DNA of 64,000 nt, from the NCBI GenBank assembly GCA_973895155.1, contig OZ316895.1:15692816-15756815 (forward strand), in the 5' to 3' direction. This stretch comes from Marsupella aquatica. Its lineage: Eukaryota > Plantae > Marchantiophyta. The position numbers and the translations under genes are program-made. Below the pieces are notes generated by a model that had not been told where the DNA came from, did not search any database, and worked only from the letters and a program-made list of their open reading frames with translations. Below, piece by piece: positions 1 through 11,490 of this stretch (its first letter is position 1; every line of letters begins with the position of its first letter).

Positions 1-109
1 GGGTTATTATTTAATAGTACTTCTTGCTGTTGTGGCCTACTTTCTTGTAATTGTGGTCTACTTTCTTATAAAATTTACATGTGTAGCATTTTTTATATAT
101 AAAACTGAA

Positions 110-600
110 AAGGAAGAAGAAGCCTGGAGACATGATCCCAAAGGCAGATCGAGGACCCAATCAAGGGAGTCAAGCACAAAGCCAAGATGCTAGAGAAGCC
201 AACCCAGGAAAGCCCCAACAAAACAAACGGACAATAAAAGACCCAAAACCCTACCAGAAAGCCCTATCTATCGGCATACTGAAGAGCATGGTAGAGTTCT
301 GAGGTGAACTGCATAGGAGTATCTAACAAGGGAACCAATCTAGATACCCTAGAACTAACCACCTCACTTCTACAAAAGATAGTGACGGGGATAGTGAAAG
401 CCTGAGCCCTCTACAATGCAACTCACACCCGCTAACAAAAGAAAGCCTGATGACAGACCAGGGTAGGACCTCCCCTCAACATAGTGGACCACATAAAATC
501 ACATAAGATGGCAGGCCATCAAATGTTGGATGAAGAGCCCCAAGACCACCACAGCAAGCGGATACAACAAGTTTGGGGTAGTAACTCGGGAAGCTACACC
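110..600 (-). mobile_element. Degraded 3' fragment of a CRE-like non-LTR retrotransposon
   Basis: Minus-strand translation, with stops and frameshifts, gives GALHPTFDGL...PWSVIRLSF...VAL*RAQAFTI. This parallels GRLHPQFDGLL...PLSILTTHFRQRISVTLQRAQARAI of the element at 22649-24103. Boundaries approximate. Confidence 0.45.
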
Positions 601-684
601 ACACTGTACTTGTGTCATACATTAGTCAATTTCACACCTAGCGAGACTCCGACATCATTCTCGCTGTTCCCTTGTAATATAGAC

Positions 685-794
685 GAACTAAAACATAATT
701 GAGCGGTCAAAATGAAATCTGGAGGAACTAATATATAATTTAACGGTCAAAATGAAATCTGGAGGAACTAATATATAATTCAATGGTCAAAATT
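685..794. repeat. 40-bp tandem repeat (~2.5 copies), each unit carrying a W-box (GGTCAA = TTGACC on minus)
   Basis: cggtcaaaatgaaatctggaggaactaatatataatt at 704 and 744, partial third copy at 785; 600-700 bp upstream of the dioxygenase ATG. Confidence 0.85.
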
Positions 795-1039
795 GTAATA
801 TATATGATAGTTAGATAGAAAATATTCCTCCTCTACGTCACACAAGGCCACGTTGTGCACCCTCGGGAAAATCTTGAGGAAGCACTAAGATAAAAATTCC
901 CAGCCTCATCAATCATCCATCATTCCATTCAGACCGACCCGTACCTGCCTCCTAACTGCACCAGATCCACACCGGACAGAATCCACATACTTTACCGTAC
1001 AAAGGCGTCGTCGTCTCGCCGCTCACATTTTCCATGTCC

Positions 1040-1046
1040 ATATAAG
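1040..1046 (+). promoter_or_regulatory. Putative TATA box of the dioxygenase gene
   Basis: ATATAAG about 30 bp upstream of a CT-rich tract (1074-1089), a typical plant TATA plus Y-patch/5'UTR layout. Confidence 0.45.
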
Positions 1047-1380
1047 TACTGTAAGTATCGAAGTCTCCCAAGCTTTCTCTCTCTCTCTCGATGGCCGTCT
1101 AGCTCTCCCCGCCCTTGACGACTACCGGTCCACGAGCTCGATCTGGTCTTCCTCTAAATCTTCGCGTTTCCTTCTCGATCGGTATGCCATTCAATCTAAT
1201 CTGTGCTGCATGCCATTTCATCTATCCGTGCTGCATGCCATTTCATCTATCCGTGCTGCATCGAGGTCTGCGTTCAGTTGTGAAAGGAAAATTGTCTGTG
1301 TCCTGACTGTAAGTTGCGACGGCAGCTTTGGTTCCCTCTGTCGAGTGCTCTCAAGCTAGCCGGCTCTAGAGGAACGATCG

Positions 1381-3058
1381 ATGGCGGTTGAAGGGACGGT
1401 GGAAGAACTACCTGAGACATGCACCACGTCGCAGCAACAAACGACTAGAAGGTCTGTCACGGGATCGCGGACGCCACCGCTAGTGGGAGATGTCTCAATT
1501 CTGGAACAAAAAGGGGTGCGGGAAATGTTGAGAAAGTACGACGTCAAGTCAGTTCCCGAGTACTACATCAAGCCGGAGAGTACGAGGCAGAATGTTTCTT
1601 CCATCGTGGACGCGGAGACCGCGAAGAACTGCCTTCCGGTGGTTGATCTTGCGTCTCCCCGGGAAGAGTTGGTGAGAGTCATCGGAAAGGCCTGTCAGTG
1701 GGGGTTTTTCCAGGTCATCAACCACGGATCAGATCCAAATTTGCTCAAAAAAATGTTCACCGAATCGGAGGAATTCTTCGCGCTTCCGGTGGAAGAGAAA
1801 ATTCGCTGCACCACACCGCAGAAAGTTGTTGGTCCGATTCACTTCGGGGGGGGTAGCAGAGGGGATTGGAGAGATGTCTTGAAGATTCACTGCGCGCCGC
1901 CCTCTGTAGTCGCAATGGACTATTGGCCTGTCCATCCAGTGGGCTATAGGTAATGACAGTTGCCGGGGTACTTGAGCATTTCTTTCTAAATTCTTTGCGA
2001 TTTTACACCGTTCATCGCACAATCCCGAGTCCAGATCAGACTACGCGGACAAGATGCAATCGGGGAGAAAGTTTCGGTAGTCAAGATGTGACGTTGAATG
2101 TGTCGCTGACGGTTTCTATTGATCCAATCTGTGAGATCGTGACCACCTCAACAGAACGTGTAGAAATAACAGGCCCTTAGAATTCCTGTGAGGGCAGACA
2201 GTCAGCTCAAATTTATACGGAACTTATCATTGAGCGGGGACGAGTGCAGTAGTGGCTCAAGAGCAATGTAACTAATAACCCGTGTGTCTTTTTGATACCT
2301 GCAGGGAGACAATCGTGCAATATTCCGCGGAACAGCAAGTGTTGGTGAGGAGACTGCTTGACATCATCAGCGAATCGTTAGGCCTTGAAGGAGACTACAT
2401 TGGCAACGTGTGCGCAGATCCAAGAGTTCTTTATGCAATAAATCATTACCCTCCCTGCCCTGACCCCAGTCTGACCATGGGCATTCGGGAACACTCGGAT
2501 CCCAACACTATCACTATTCTCCAGCAAAATCAAGTTGCAGGCTTGCAGATGTATAAAGATGGTCTATGGTTTGACGTGAAACCCCTGGACAATGCTCTTG
2601 TGGTGAACGTTGGTGACCACATAGAGGTACCTGCTCCTCGGTCATGAACTATAGTGCTCAAATCTGGTAGTCTTCGCGCAGAGTCTCATTTCTTTCTTAT
2701 TTCATCACTGGGCTGGGAATTTGTTTATGAATTGGCTTAATGTCATAATTCTCTTCTCATCATCGTTTCATGGTCTGTGCAGGTCCTAAGCAATGGGAGA
2801 TACCCGAGCTGTTTGCACCGAGTCGTGACCAACAAGACGCGATCACGAACATCTGTAGCCCTCTTCTTTTCACCAGCTATGACCGCTCGCATCAAGCCTG
2901 CTCCAGCTCTCGTGGATGAGAAGCACCCCCCTCAGTATGTCGAGTTTACTTACGCAGATTTTCTCAAGAAATTCTATACCAGTGGTGGCCCAAACAAGAA
3001 AGCGGTTCTTTCGCAATTCCAGTCCCAGAGAGAGTCGAAGGTTGTGACTGTTAATTAG
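1381..3058 (+). CDS. 2-oxoglutarate/Fe(II)-dependent dioxygenase, DOXC class (DMR6/S3H/FNS I/F3H-like), 388 aa, 3 exons
   Basis: Exons 1381-1949, 2305-2626, 2783-3058 with GT-AG introns and frame kept (1167 nt). Motifs LPVVDL, WGFFQVINHG, NHYPPCPDP, HSD (HxD), LVVNVGD, SNGRYPSCLHRV (distal His), RTS (RxS 2OG binding). Confidence 0.95.
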
Positions 3059-5724
3059 TTTTGGCAAGCAAGCCGATCCATCGGCCCCCCGAGGGACGTG
3101 GATTTCTACCCATCAATGCCCAGGACAGGTCGTTTCATTGACGAGGCAGTGCAGTCTCTCTGTGCGCGAACTAGGTGGCTGGGCCGGGGTAGGTCCATTC
3201 AATGGGCCACGCACGATACACGTGAAAGGATCATCCGATCCACCGCGCGATTAGATGGTGCTCGGAAAACGGGAACTCCAAAATTTTGATCAATTTAGTG
3301 TGGCCCGAATTTCGAAATTTTGATTAATGCTGCAAACCTTCCCGATAGACAAGATACCCTGCAAACTATAGAGGATTGAAGTTTTGGTGTTTTTGATGCG
3401 CTAGGCGCATTCTTAGTTATCCTAGCAAAGAAAGCAAGCCCCCAAATCTTAATTGGAAGAGGATGTTGGAGATGAGCGACGTGAATGATGATGGACTTCA
3501 CTAATGGCCACTAACTCACGCGTCGAGGAGAGCCCTGGACCTCCAGCGTAGGGGCTGAATCAACGGAGATATGCAGAGAACGAAGTGCATGCTGCAGAGA
3601 ATTTTGGAAGTGCTCGATCCTGGCCAGTGTGGAATCTTTCCAAGACCTGGTGGGATTTACGATGCTCGGCACTCGTTTTACAACAGAAACGTGACAGGGC
3701 TATTTGCATCTTACTCAACGCTATGTTGTGTTGGTAATGAAATGTTCACCTGTTAACCGTACATATTGTATCGTGATTTCTTCCTCAGAGACATGTTTAT
3801 ACGGTGAACTTTTTGCATTCCGGCATTGAAGGATCATTACCACTATTCTGATGGGTGAGATGTCTCTTCGCCTTTCTGAAAACGAGGAACAGAGTCTTCT
3901 TGCTGAGGACAGTCTAGTCAGCTTCAAGTTTCCTTGACATGCTTCACGGATTGGTAACCCACACGTCACTCACGCCTACATCATGGTCCATGTGTATCTT
4001 CTTTAAATGGTGAATTGAATCATAGAATTTAGGTTCCACCCGGTCCGTCGTTAAATTCTATTTCCAGATCATACTTAGATCATACTAAAAGTAAGGACAC
4101 AAAAGGACAACATGCTCCCAGATAACGTCTTGTTGAAATGAAGAAGCACTACACTACTAGTAGTCTTGTGACTTCGAATCCTAGGCACGGTGAACACGGA
4201 CAAAATCGAAAATTACAATTAAGGAAAAACTAGGAGTCATGATCTACAAGGGCAACTTTGGTACTATCGATTGTGAGGATGCTGCCAAGTATCTCTGTGG
4301 ATTACATCCGTTACTGGCCACTTCTTTTATGGTTGAATGCTTCTCCGCAGATCCCCGGCCACTGCCTAATTTACGATTTAGAATGATATTGTAACTCCCT
4401 TCAGCCATTCCTTACCTCTAGTTCGTAAGTTTAGATACTTGTCTCGGCGTCCCTTATCCGTTAAAGCAATGTCCGGCAGATACTTTCCTGGGAAGATACC
4501 TGCTTCGTGATGAATGATCGATAGGTCTCAAATCCTTCATTTCAGTTTTGTTTTTTGAGAGGATAAATTAGAGGCTAGGACACGCCCCAACAGATACAGT
4601 GTATCACAGCCCAAAGGGCATATGAGCAAGTCCTTCATGATCTCGGTACATACTTGGTACTAGAATGCCGGGATCGACAATCATGTCCAACAAGCACGCG
4701 TCGACTTACATGCCGGGATCGACAATCATTGGTTGTCCTCACAAGAAAGACCGTGGCCGGCTGATCGCTTGCTTGGCAAAATGCCTGTTGCTGACTGATA
4801 GATTCGAAGTCCTTTATTTGAGTCACTGAATGATTTGGTTCCTTTGAGGCCATTAGTCCGTTCCTCCTCTCTCGACGAGTTCTCCGAATCCAGCAGTGCA
4901 AATGAATGGCAGTCACCCAAGCGGACAGATTGACACCCTGACTACTGCTCAGCCAAGAAAATCCTACAGCGTAAATCATGACAAAAGCTACTGCAAATCT
5001 GTTCAGAACCGGTGACAACTCACTCCCAACCGCATGCGTGCATGAGTCCCTACCACAGATTACAATGCCATGGAAACAATCGTTCTACAAATCAAGTGGT
5101 TATCGTGCTAAAATAGCAACCAGCCCACCAAATCATTCGTAGAAAAGTGGAGCTTCACAATAATTCCTGGAAGGGAAAAATTCATCTAATCTCTTGACAC
5201 AAAAAGTTCGTCGATTCATCTTCTTATTTCACTCTAAGGTGATACAAGGTGATAAACATATTCGTTGAAATTCATCTTAGTTCACTCGAAGGTGATTCAA
5301 AAATTTGAGGCAAGACATCTTATTTCACTCGAGAGGCCAACTAACTATGTACTGGCCTCGCCAGTTACCTTCCTTGTTTCCTTCCTTGTTTCATGTACGT
5401 GGTTCCATTATTTGGTTGTGTTGGAGTTTATCTCCTTCGAGACTTTGAATTCCCTCAATTTTAGACCTTGCTCTTTGGGCTCTTTCCGGGAGGTAGAATG
5501 AGTACCTTTGAAATTGTATGAGACATAAGAATTGTCAAATGTTGACAACTTTGGAAGGAGCTCCACTGGTTTTCCGGTAAGTGACCCTTAGCTAATCTGG
5601 AGAGCTGCTCAAGGTCGATCATGCACAGTTTCCGGTAAGAAAAGGCACAGTGCCAGCCGACCTACTATTTTGGGAGACCCGACAACCCAGTGCGGACTAC
5701 CTCTTAGATTACTGGAGTGAATGT

Positions 5725-7875
5725 ATTAAGGCTTCTCAAAGCTCAACATGATGAGCTTTAACTTCGTAGTTACCCTTATGGACACAAAAAGTTATGTCTA
5801 CCAAATTCCTAGTACACAGCTTTTTGCATTACCATTAGTCACTCTAGCATTGGTCACTATAGAGGCTAGTGAAAAGAAAATTAAAAACTTTTTCTTAAAC
5901 CTTGTAAAAAATTATGACTCTTCTTTTATGGTCGAAAATTAATCATCATGCACAATTTCGAAGCTTTGAGAGGCCTTACTATTATCAGGAGAAGAATGCG
6001 TCTGGGGCTTGCTTTTCATCAATGGTCTTCTCATGGACACAGTTGTACCCGTATTAGGGAGTGTAAAAGCTGGCCTGGCCAGGGCAGTATTCACTGTCAA
6101 CCGGGTCAAGTTTGGCACGGTCACAGCCTCATAAATGGTAGGACTCGGTTAGTGAAGGCCATGACACAACTTTCAATTGGCCTCCTGTCATGGACTGAAT
6201 ATTCCTCACTTTCTTGTGTGAGTAACTGTATTTCAAAGAGCTTTGACACCCCAGATTACATACAATGCTGGTGCTCTTAGTTGGGACCTTTTGACTGGTT
6301 GGAGTGAGTTGGGACATTTACTCGCTAATTTCTGCCAAAACCACAGCCAACAACGGACTATACGTTTGTTTGTTTGTGGGCATTAATTGTTGTTCTAAGT
6401 ATATGTCTGTTAGTTTGTGGACACTAGTTGTTGTTGCTAGGCAGACATGGAAGCAGGTTGAGTGAGGGTTTAGGGTGTGTTCCATTTACCCCCCTTTCAG
6501 GCCAAAGGTCCCCCGTTTTGTGACCCACTCCAAGATTGCAACAAACCGCACGTTTGCAGTTTTTGGAGTCCCCCATGAATAAGTACTGCAACGGGAAGGC
6601 AGCCAGAGCCTTCCATTCACCCCCCTTTCTGCCTGATACAAGCGGTTGAAAAGAGAGATCCCACCTGTACTAGCTGGTGTTGTTGTTGTCCTCCCTGCGT
6701 TTTTTGTGTCCATTTGATGGAGGTTTGATAGCAAATGTCCCTTTCTCCAGTTTTCTCATCTTGCACCCATAAGTTCATTTTCCTGGTCTTGCCCCTGAAG
6801 CGTGTAGCTCAGTGTTCTGCCAATAAGCACAATTTTTGGAGTCATTGTGTTGGTATGCTTCTCCGGGGTAAACTTCCAAAAGTTGTATGAACCAAGTGCA
6901 ATCCAAAATATGTATTTTTTATGGAGACCAACTACATAGCAGTAAAAGAAGGTATTTCAAACTCAAATTTATAGAATATTCTTTCATATATACCTTGTAT
7001 AAGTAAAATTAAATAATAAATATTAAAAATATTGTTTAAAATTAGACTATTTTCTTTATAAAATATGAGTATTTAAATTAGACTATGATTGCACACGGTA
7101 CCCCATAATATACACTAAATTAATCCCTCAAGGCATACTTCTTCTGCTTCCTCTTTCCCTGTTTTGATTTCTTTATCCATTGCTCTAGTGTCCCGATTGG
7201 ATCTTATCCTCAATGAAGGTCTCTTTGTTGTCCCTACGTAGTCATCACTCCATTGGTAAGAAGAATGAGATGAGGTTAATTTCCATTCTCTACCAGGTGA
7301 TTGATCCTTTCTTTTTCTAGGGTTGATCTTTTCTGTGTCTCTTTGGAGATTTTCTCTCAATTCATGTGCATTCTCTATGGTGCTGGTTTCTTTCAGTCCC
7401 CGTGTCAGTCCATTTAATTTTCTCCATGAGAACAAATGCTCTTTGTATATTGTAGTGAAAATGTGCTCCCAGTTTTTATGTGTGCTTTGAGCTCTTGTGA
7501 TTCTTGTTTGCTCTGGTGAGATTTTTTCTCAACTATCTGTTTTTTTTAGTCACTTGTGATCTCACTGGCAATAATCCTACTCTACAAAGAGTCCCTAATT
7601 CTCAATCATCTGTATTTGGGAGTCTCAACGTTTCCAAATTAAGTTTGATGACTTTTGGCCAGCTTTTGGCCATAAAGGATTGGTCATAACTTTTTCACAA
7701 GCTTATGTAAAAAAACTTTCACTGGCCTCTACAATGACTAACGGTAATGGCATAGGACCAATCTTTATGGCAAAAGGCTAGGTTATGGCCTATGAATTTG
7801 GTAGACAGTCCGTAACCCGTAACTAAGTATGGAGTTAAAGTCCATGAAATTCTAAGCTTTGAGATGCCTTATTCT
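5725..7875. mobile_element. Element bounded by long imperfect inverted repeats (~5725-5945 / ~7645-7875), foldback or MULE-like
   Basis: Left arm aaggcttctcaaagct...tgtctaccaaattc...cattaccattagtca...tagaggctagtgaaa...ttatgac matches the reverse complement of the right arm in the same order. No TSD or transposase identified. Confidence 0.55.
6861..7132. mobile_element. MITE family A, copy 1 (degenerate)
   Basis: Ends ctccggggtaaact...ttaatccctcaag; AT-rich interior homologous to copies at 43808 and 46462; degenerate 8-bp TSD gtatgctt/gcatactt. Confidence 0.75.
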
Positions 7876-7979
7876 TTTCATTTGTGGATCCCACCAGACA
7901 TTAATTTTACTCTACAAAGAAGCCCTAGAACTTCATTCCAACTAAACAATAGGACAAACATCATTACTCGGGTAAAACA

Positions 7980-8182
7980 TAGACTGCACTGATTGTCTGG
8001 TTTGGACTTGTCCGACAAATGAGGGGTCTGGACCCCAACATCCGACATGTGTCACACCCGGCCGGCCCACACCCCGCCCCGACCCGGCCCGGACCTGTCC
8101 CAGCCTGACCCTGGCCTGTCCGAACCCAGACCCCAACCCGACCCAGCCCCAACCTGACCCAGCCCCGACTCCGGCCTGTCCT
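7980..8182. repeat. GC-rich (cctgtcc/gaccc) repeat element, left part, split by the copia insertion; continues at 14587-~14735
   Basis: The same ggcctgtcc/gacccc/ccagcc motifs and tccgacat motifs occur on both sides of the copia TSD. Confidence 0.55.
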
Positions 8183-8526
8183 TGTTGAGCATTGATGACA
8201 TTCGTAACGGCAAGCCCATGAACCATCCAACGCACAATAGTCGACACAGAGAGATACGTGGTTCACCTCCACATGAGGCTACGTCCACGGGAACACACAA
8301 GAGCTTTATTGCACTCTAGGCCGACCGGCCATACCAAGCATCCACATCACAAGCTCTCCCTATCTCTCAACTAGCTCCGTAACAATGAGCCTAAGTTCCA
8401 CCAGGGTCTGGCATCAGCCCTGGCTATATGCACAACAACACTAGCGCTAACATTAGCTAAGTCCTAACCTGAGTTAGACTAACTGTGGTTAGCACAAGAG
8501 TCACAAGACTAGAGCAATATCTAACA
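8183..8526 (-). repeat. 3' LTR of the copia element
   Basis: tgttgagc...atctaaca; 6 mismatches versus the other LTR by manual comparison. Confidence 0.97.
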
Positions 8527-8537
8527 AACTCCCCCTT
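8527..8537 (-). other. Polypurine tract
   Basis: AAGGGGGAGTT on the minus strand immediately before the 3' LTR. Confidence 0.9.
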
Positions 8538-8733
8538 GACTCTTGTCTTGGGGACTAGACTAAATGTTACCATATGGAATCCTCAGCGGGAAGTTCTAGA
8601 CAATCACCAAACCAGGTCTCCCCCTAAAAACCACAAGGGTTAACTAAGGGTTAACTAGAACTAAGCCGTAGCCAAACAGGAATGAGTAATCCATATACAA
8701 ATAGTCACACATTGCTAAATAACTCTACTTGCA

Positions 8734-11490
8734 CTACAACTGCAAAACCTGCAAAGTAGCACGGTGTCTTGAGAAACTCTCCAAAGGAATCACTTTGGTA
8801 AAGGCATCAGCGGGATTGAGCTTTCCATCAATCTTGACTAGCTCAAAAGTTTTATCAGACACTGCTTGCCTGATAAAATGGTACCTGATATCAATGTGCT
8901 TCACTCTGCTATCCATCACTTGGTTAGCAGCCAAGTGAAGAGCACTCTGACTATCACAGTTTAGAGTCATTTTTCCATGCTCTAAACCCATCTCCGCGAT
9001 CAACTTATCCAACCAAATTGCTTCCTTTGCTGCTTCTGCTGCTGCAACATACTCTGCTTCTGTAGTAGACTGAGATATGCACTTCTGCAAGGTAGATTTC
9101 CAACTGATACATCCTCCTCCAAGAGTGTATACAAACCCAGTACTCAAGCACAACTGTCCAGTCTCAGAGTTCCTAAAAATCTCCATCCCTAAGATCCTCT
9201 TAGCCTTACCAAGATCCTTCATCTTGAATTCAGCACTCAATTTCGCCTTGAGATTGTCAACCTCAGATTGATCTTTAGCCACAATCAGCATGTCATCCAC
9301 ATAGATCACCAGAATGATGAAACCAAACACATCATTCTTGACTGATTTCGTATACACACAAGGATCATACACCATCCTTGTAAAACCTTGAGCAAGCATG
9401 AAATCATCAAACCGCTTGTTCCATTGTCTGGGAGACTGCTTCAATCCATACAAGGACTTGAGCAATTTGCAAACTAAGTTTTCTTGGCCCTTCTTCATAA
9501 AGCCTAGTGGCTGTCTCATGAAGATCAACTCTTCCAAATTGCCATAGAGAAAAGCAATAACAACATCCATCTGATCCATCACCAGACCAAAAAACACAAC
9601 AAGCTGACACAAGATCCGAATTGTGGAATACTTAGCCACCGGTGAAAAGACCTCATTGTAGTCCACTCCTTTCTCCTGAGTGAACCCCTTGGCAACAAGC
9701 CTTGCCTTGTAGATCTTATCTCCACCCTCTGAAGGACTGTCCTTCAACTTGTAAATCCACTTGCTGTCAACCACTTGCTGACCTCTTGGAAGCTCCACCA
9801 GCTCCCATGTCTTGTTGTCACTCAAAGATTGCAACTCCCTCTGCATTGCTGCATTCCACTCATGCTTCTGCTCTGAAGCACAAGCCTCACAATACGAAGA
9901 AGGCTCTCCTTCTTCCAAGATCAAAGTCATATCATCTTCATCAGGTGCAATGTCAATATCATCTAGCTTAGATGAGTCTGCCCATTGACCATACCTGGTA
10001 GGAGCTCTAGTAGAACGATTGGAAGTTCTTCTAGTAGATGACTCAGGCTGATCTGCTACTGTTGCTGGTTGAATTTGAGGTACTCTAGCAACAATCTGCT
10101 CCTCTTGTTTCATCACAGGAACCAGCTCCAAGCTTGGAGTTTCTCCATCTCTCCTTTCATGAACTGCATCATGACTAATCTCCCCCTCCTTTGATGATCT
10201 GGATTCATTAAAGGACACATCTCTACTGACAATTAGCTTACAGGTTACTGGAACCCATAACCTATAACCCTTCACACCTTTCTGATAGCCAAGGAAAATG
10301 CACTTCTTCGACTTGGACTCCAGCTTGGATCGAAGCTGGGAAGGTGTAAGCACATAAGCATCACATCCAAAAATCCTCAGATGTGAGTAATCTGCTGGAC
10401 GCCCGTACCTCATTTCAAATGGCATCTTGAATCCAATAGAATTGGATGGAGAAAAATTTACCAAATAAGCTATAGTGTTGACAGCTTCAGCCCAAAACTC
10501 ATGTGGTAAGCATGATTGACTCAACATACTCCTCGAGCGGTCCAATAGTATTCGGTTGAGTCTCTTAGAAACACCATTTTGCTGAGGAGTATAACTTGTT
10601 GTGAGATGGCGGGTGATCCCCTGCTCCTTACAATACGTTCCAAATTCCCCGGAACTGTATTCACCGCCATTATCCGATCGTAGATATCTCACCTTATTAC
10701 CAGTCTGATTCTCAACTTGGGCTTGCCACTCCTTAAAAATGGCAAAAACATCAGACTTATTGTGTAGAAAGTATATCCACACATACCTTGAGTAATCGTC
10801 TATAAACGTGACATAGTATAACCATCCAGAATGTGAGGGAGTAGGGGCTGGACCCCACACATCACTATGTACATACTCAAGTACCTCCTTGCTGGTGTGA
10901 GTTCCAACTCCGAAGGGTTTCCTGTGCTGCTTCCCTAGCACACAGTGCTCACAAAATTCCAACTTACAAGATTGCAAATTAGAAAGTAATCCTTTCTTCT
11001 GAAGAATAACCAAACCTTTTTCACTCATGTGGCCCAAACGGAAGTGCCACAGCCGGGCCGTCTCCTCATGAGATAAGGTTGCATTGGCTTCATCACAAAC
11101 TACACTGCCCTCCAAAACATATAGATTGCTATGTCTCTTTCCCTTCAATACAACTTTAGTACCAGTTGAAACCTGAAGGACACCATGAGCAGAACTCCAC
11201 TGATGGCCATTTGCTTCTAAAACTCCAAGTGAAATGAGATTTTTCATCATGCTGGGAATGTGTCTTACATTCCTCAACGTTCTTACAACACCATCAAACA
11301 TCTGAAATCTTACAGATCCAAGTCCAACAACTTGACATGGGATTCCATTTCCCATCAACACTGACCCATTGGAAACCGTGTAAGAACTGAAAAAATCTCT
11401 CCTAGAGCAAATGTGAAAAGTACATGCACTATCTAGAATCCAGTCATCACTCCCTGGATTTGACACTACGTTGAGAGCATAACCTTGACA
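8734..11490 (-). CDS. pol: Copia pol (protease-integrase-RT-RNase H), with an in-frame deletion at the RT/RNase H junction and integrase E->K
   Basis: WILDSAC (PR), LWHFRLGH..CEHC (zinc finger), FIDD/SDNGGEY/QQNGVSKR (INT), KARLVAKG, LYGLKQSPRQW, YVDD (RT), STTEAEY..KHIDIRYHF..NPADAFTK (RH). No ATG at its start; in frame with gag across one TGA. Confidence 0.95.
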   Translation of the reverse strand, partial: CQGYALNVVSNPGSDDWILDSACTFHICSRRDFFSSYTVSNGSVLMGNGIPCQVVGLGSVRFQMFDGVVRTLRNVRHIPSMMKNLISLGVLEANGHQWSSAHGVLQVSTGTKVVLKGKRHSNLYVLEGSVVCDEANATLSHEETARLWHFRLGHMSEKGLVILQKKGLLSNLQSCKLEFCEHCVLGKQHRKPFGVGTHTSKEVLEYVHSDVWGPAPTPSHSGWLYYVTFIDDYSRYVWIYFLHNKSDVFAIFKEWQAQVENQTGNKVRYLRSDNGGEYSSGEFGTYCKEQGITRHLTTSYTPQQNGVSKRLNRILLDRSRSMLSQSCLPHEFWAEAVNTIAYLVNFSPSNSIGFKMPFEMRYGRPADYSHLRIFGCDAYVLTPSQLRSKLESKSKKCIFLGYQKGVKGYRLWVPVTCKLIVSRDVSFNESRSSKEGEISHDAVHERRDGETPSLELVPVMKQEEQIVARVPQIQPATVADQPESSTRRTSNRSTRAPTRYGQWADSSKLDDIDIAPDEDDMTLILEEGEPSSYCEACASEQKHEWNAAMQRELQSLSDNKTWELVELPRGQQVVDSKWIYKLKDSPSEGGDKIYKARLVAKGFTQEKGVDYNEVFSPVAKYSTIRILCQLVVFFGLVMDQMDVVIAFLYGNLEELIFMRQPLGFMKKGQENLVCKLLKSLYGLKQSPRQWNKRFDDFMLAQGFTRMVYDPCVYTKSVKNDVFGFIILVIYVDDMLIVAKDQSEVDNLKAKLSAEFKMKDLGKAKRILGMEIFRNSETGQLCLSTGFVYTLGGGCISWKSTLQKCISQSTTEAEYVAAAEAAKEAIWLDKLIAEMGLEHGKMTLNCDSQSALHLAANQVMDSRVKHIDIRYHFIRQAVSDKTFELVKIDGKLNPADAFTKVIPLESFSRHRATLQVLQL

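Noticed and set aside
7942-8300. Gly-rich ORFs
   Set aside because: Translation of a GC-rich repeat plus LTR sequence.
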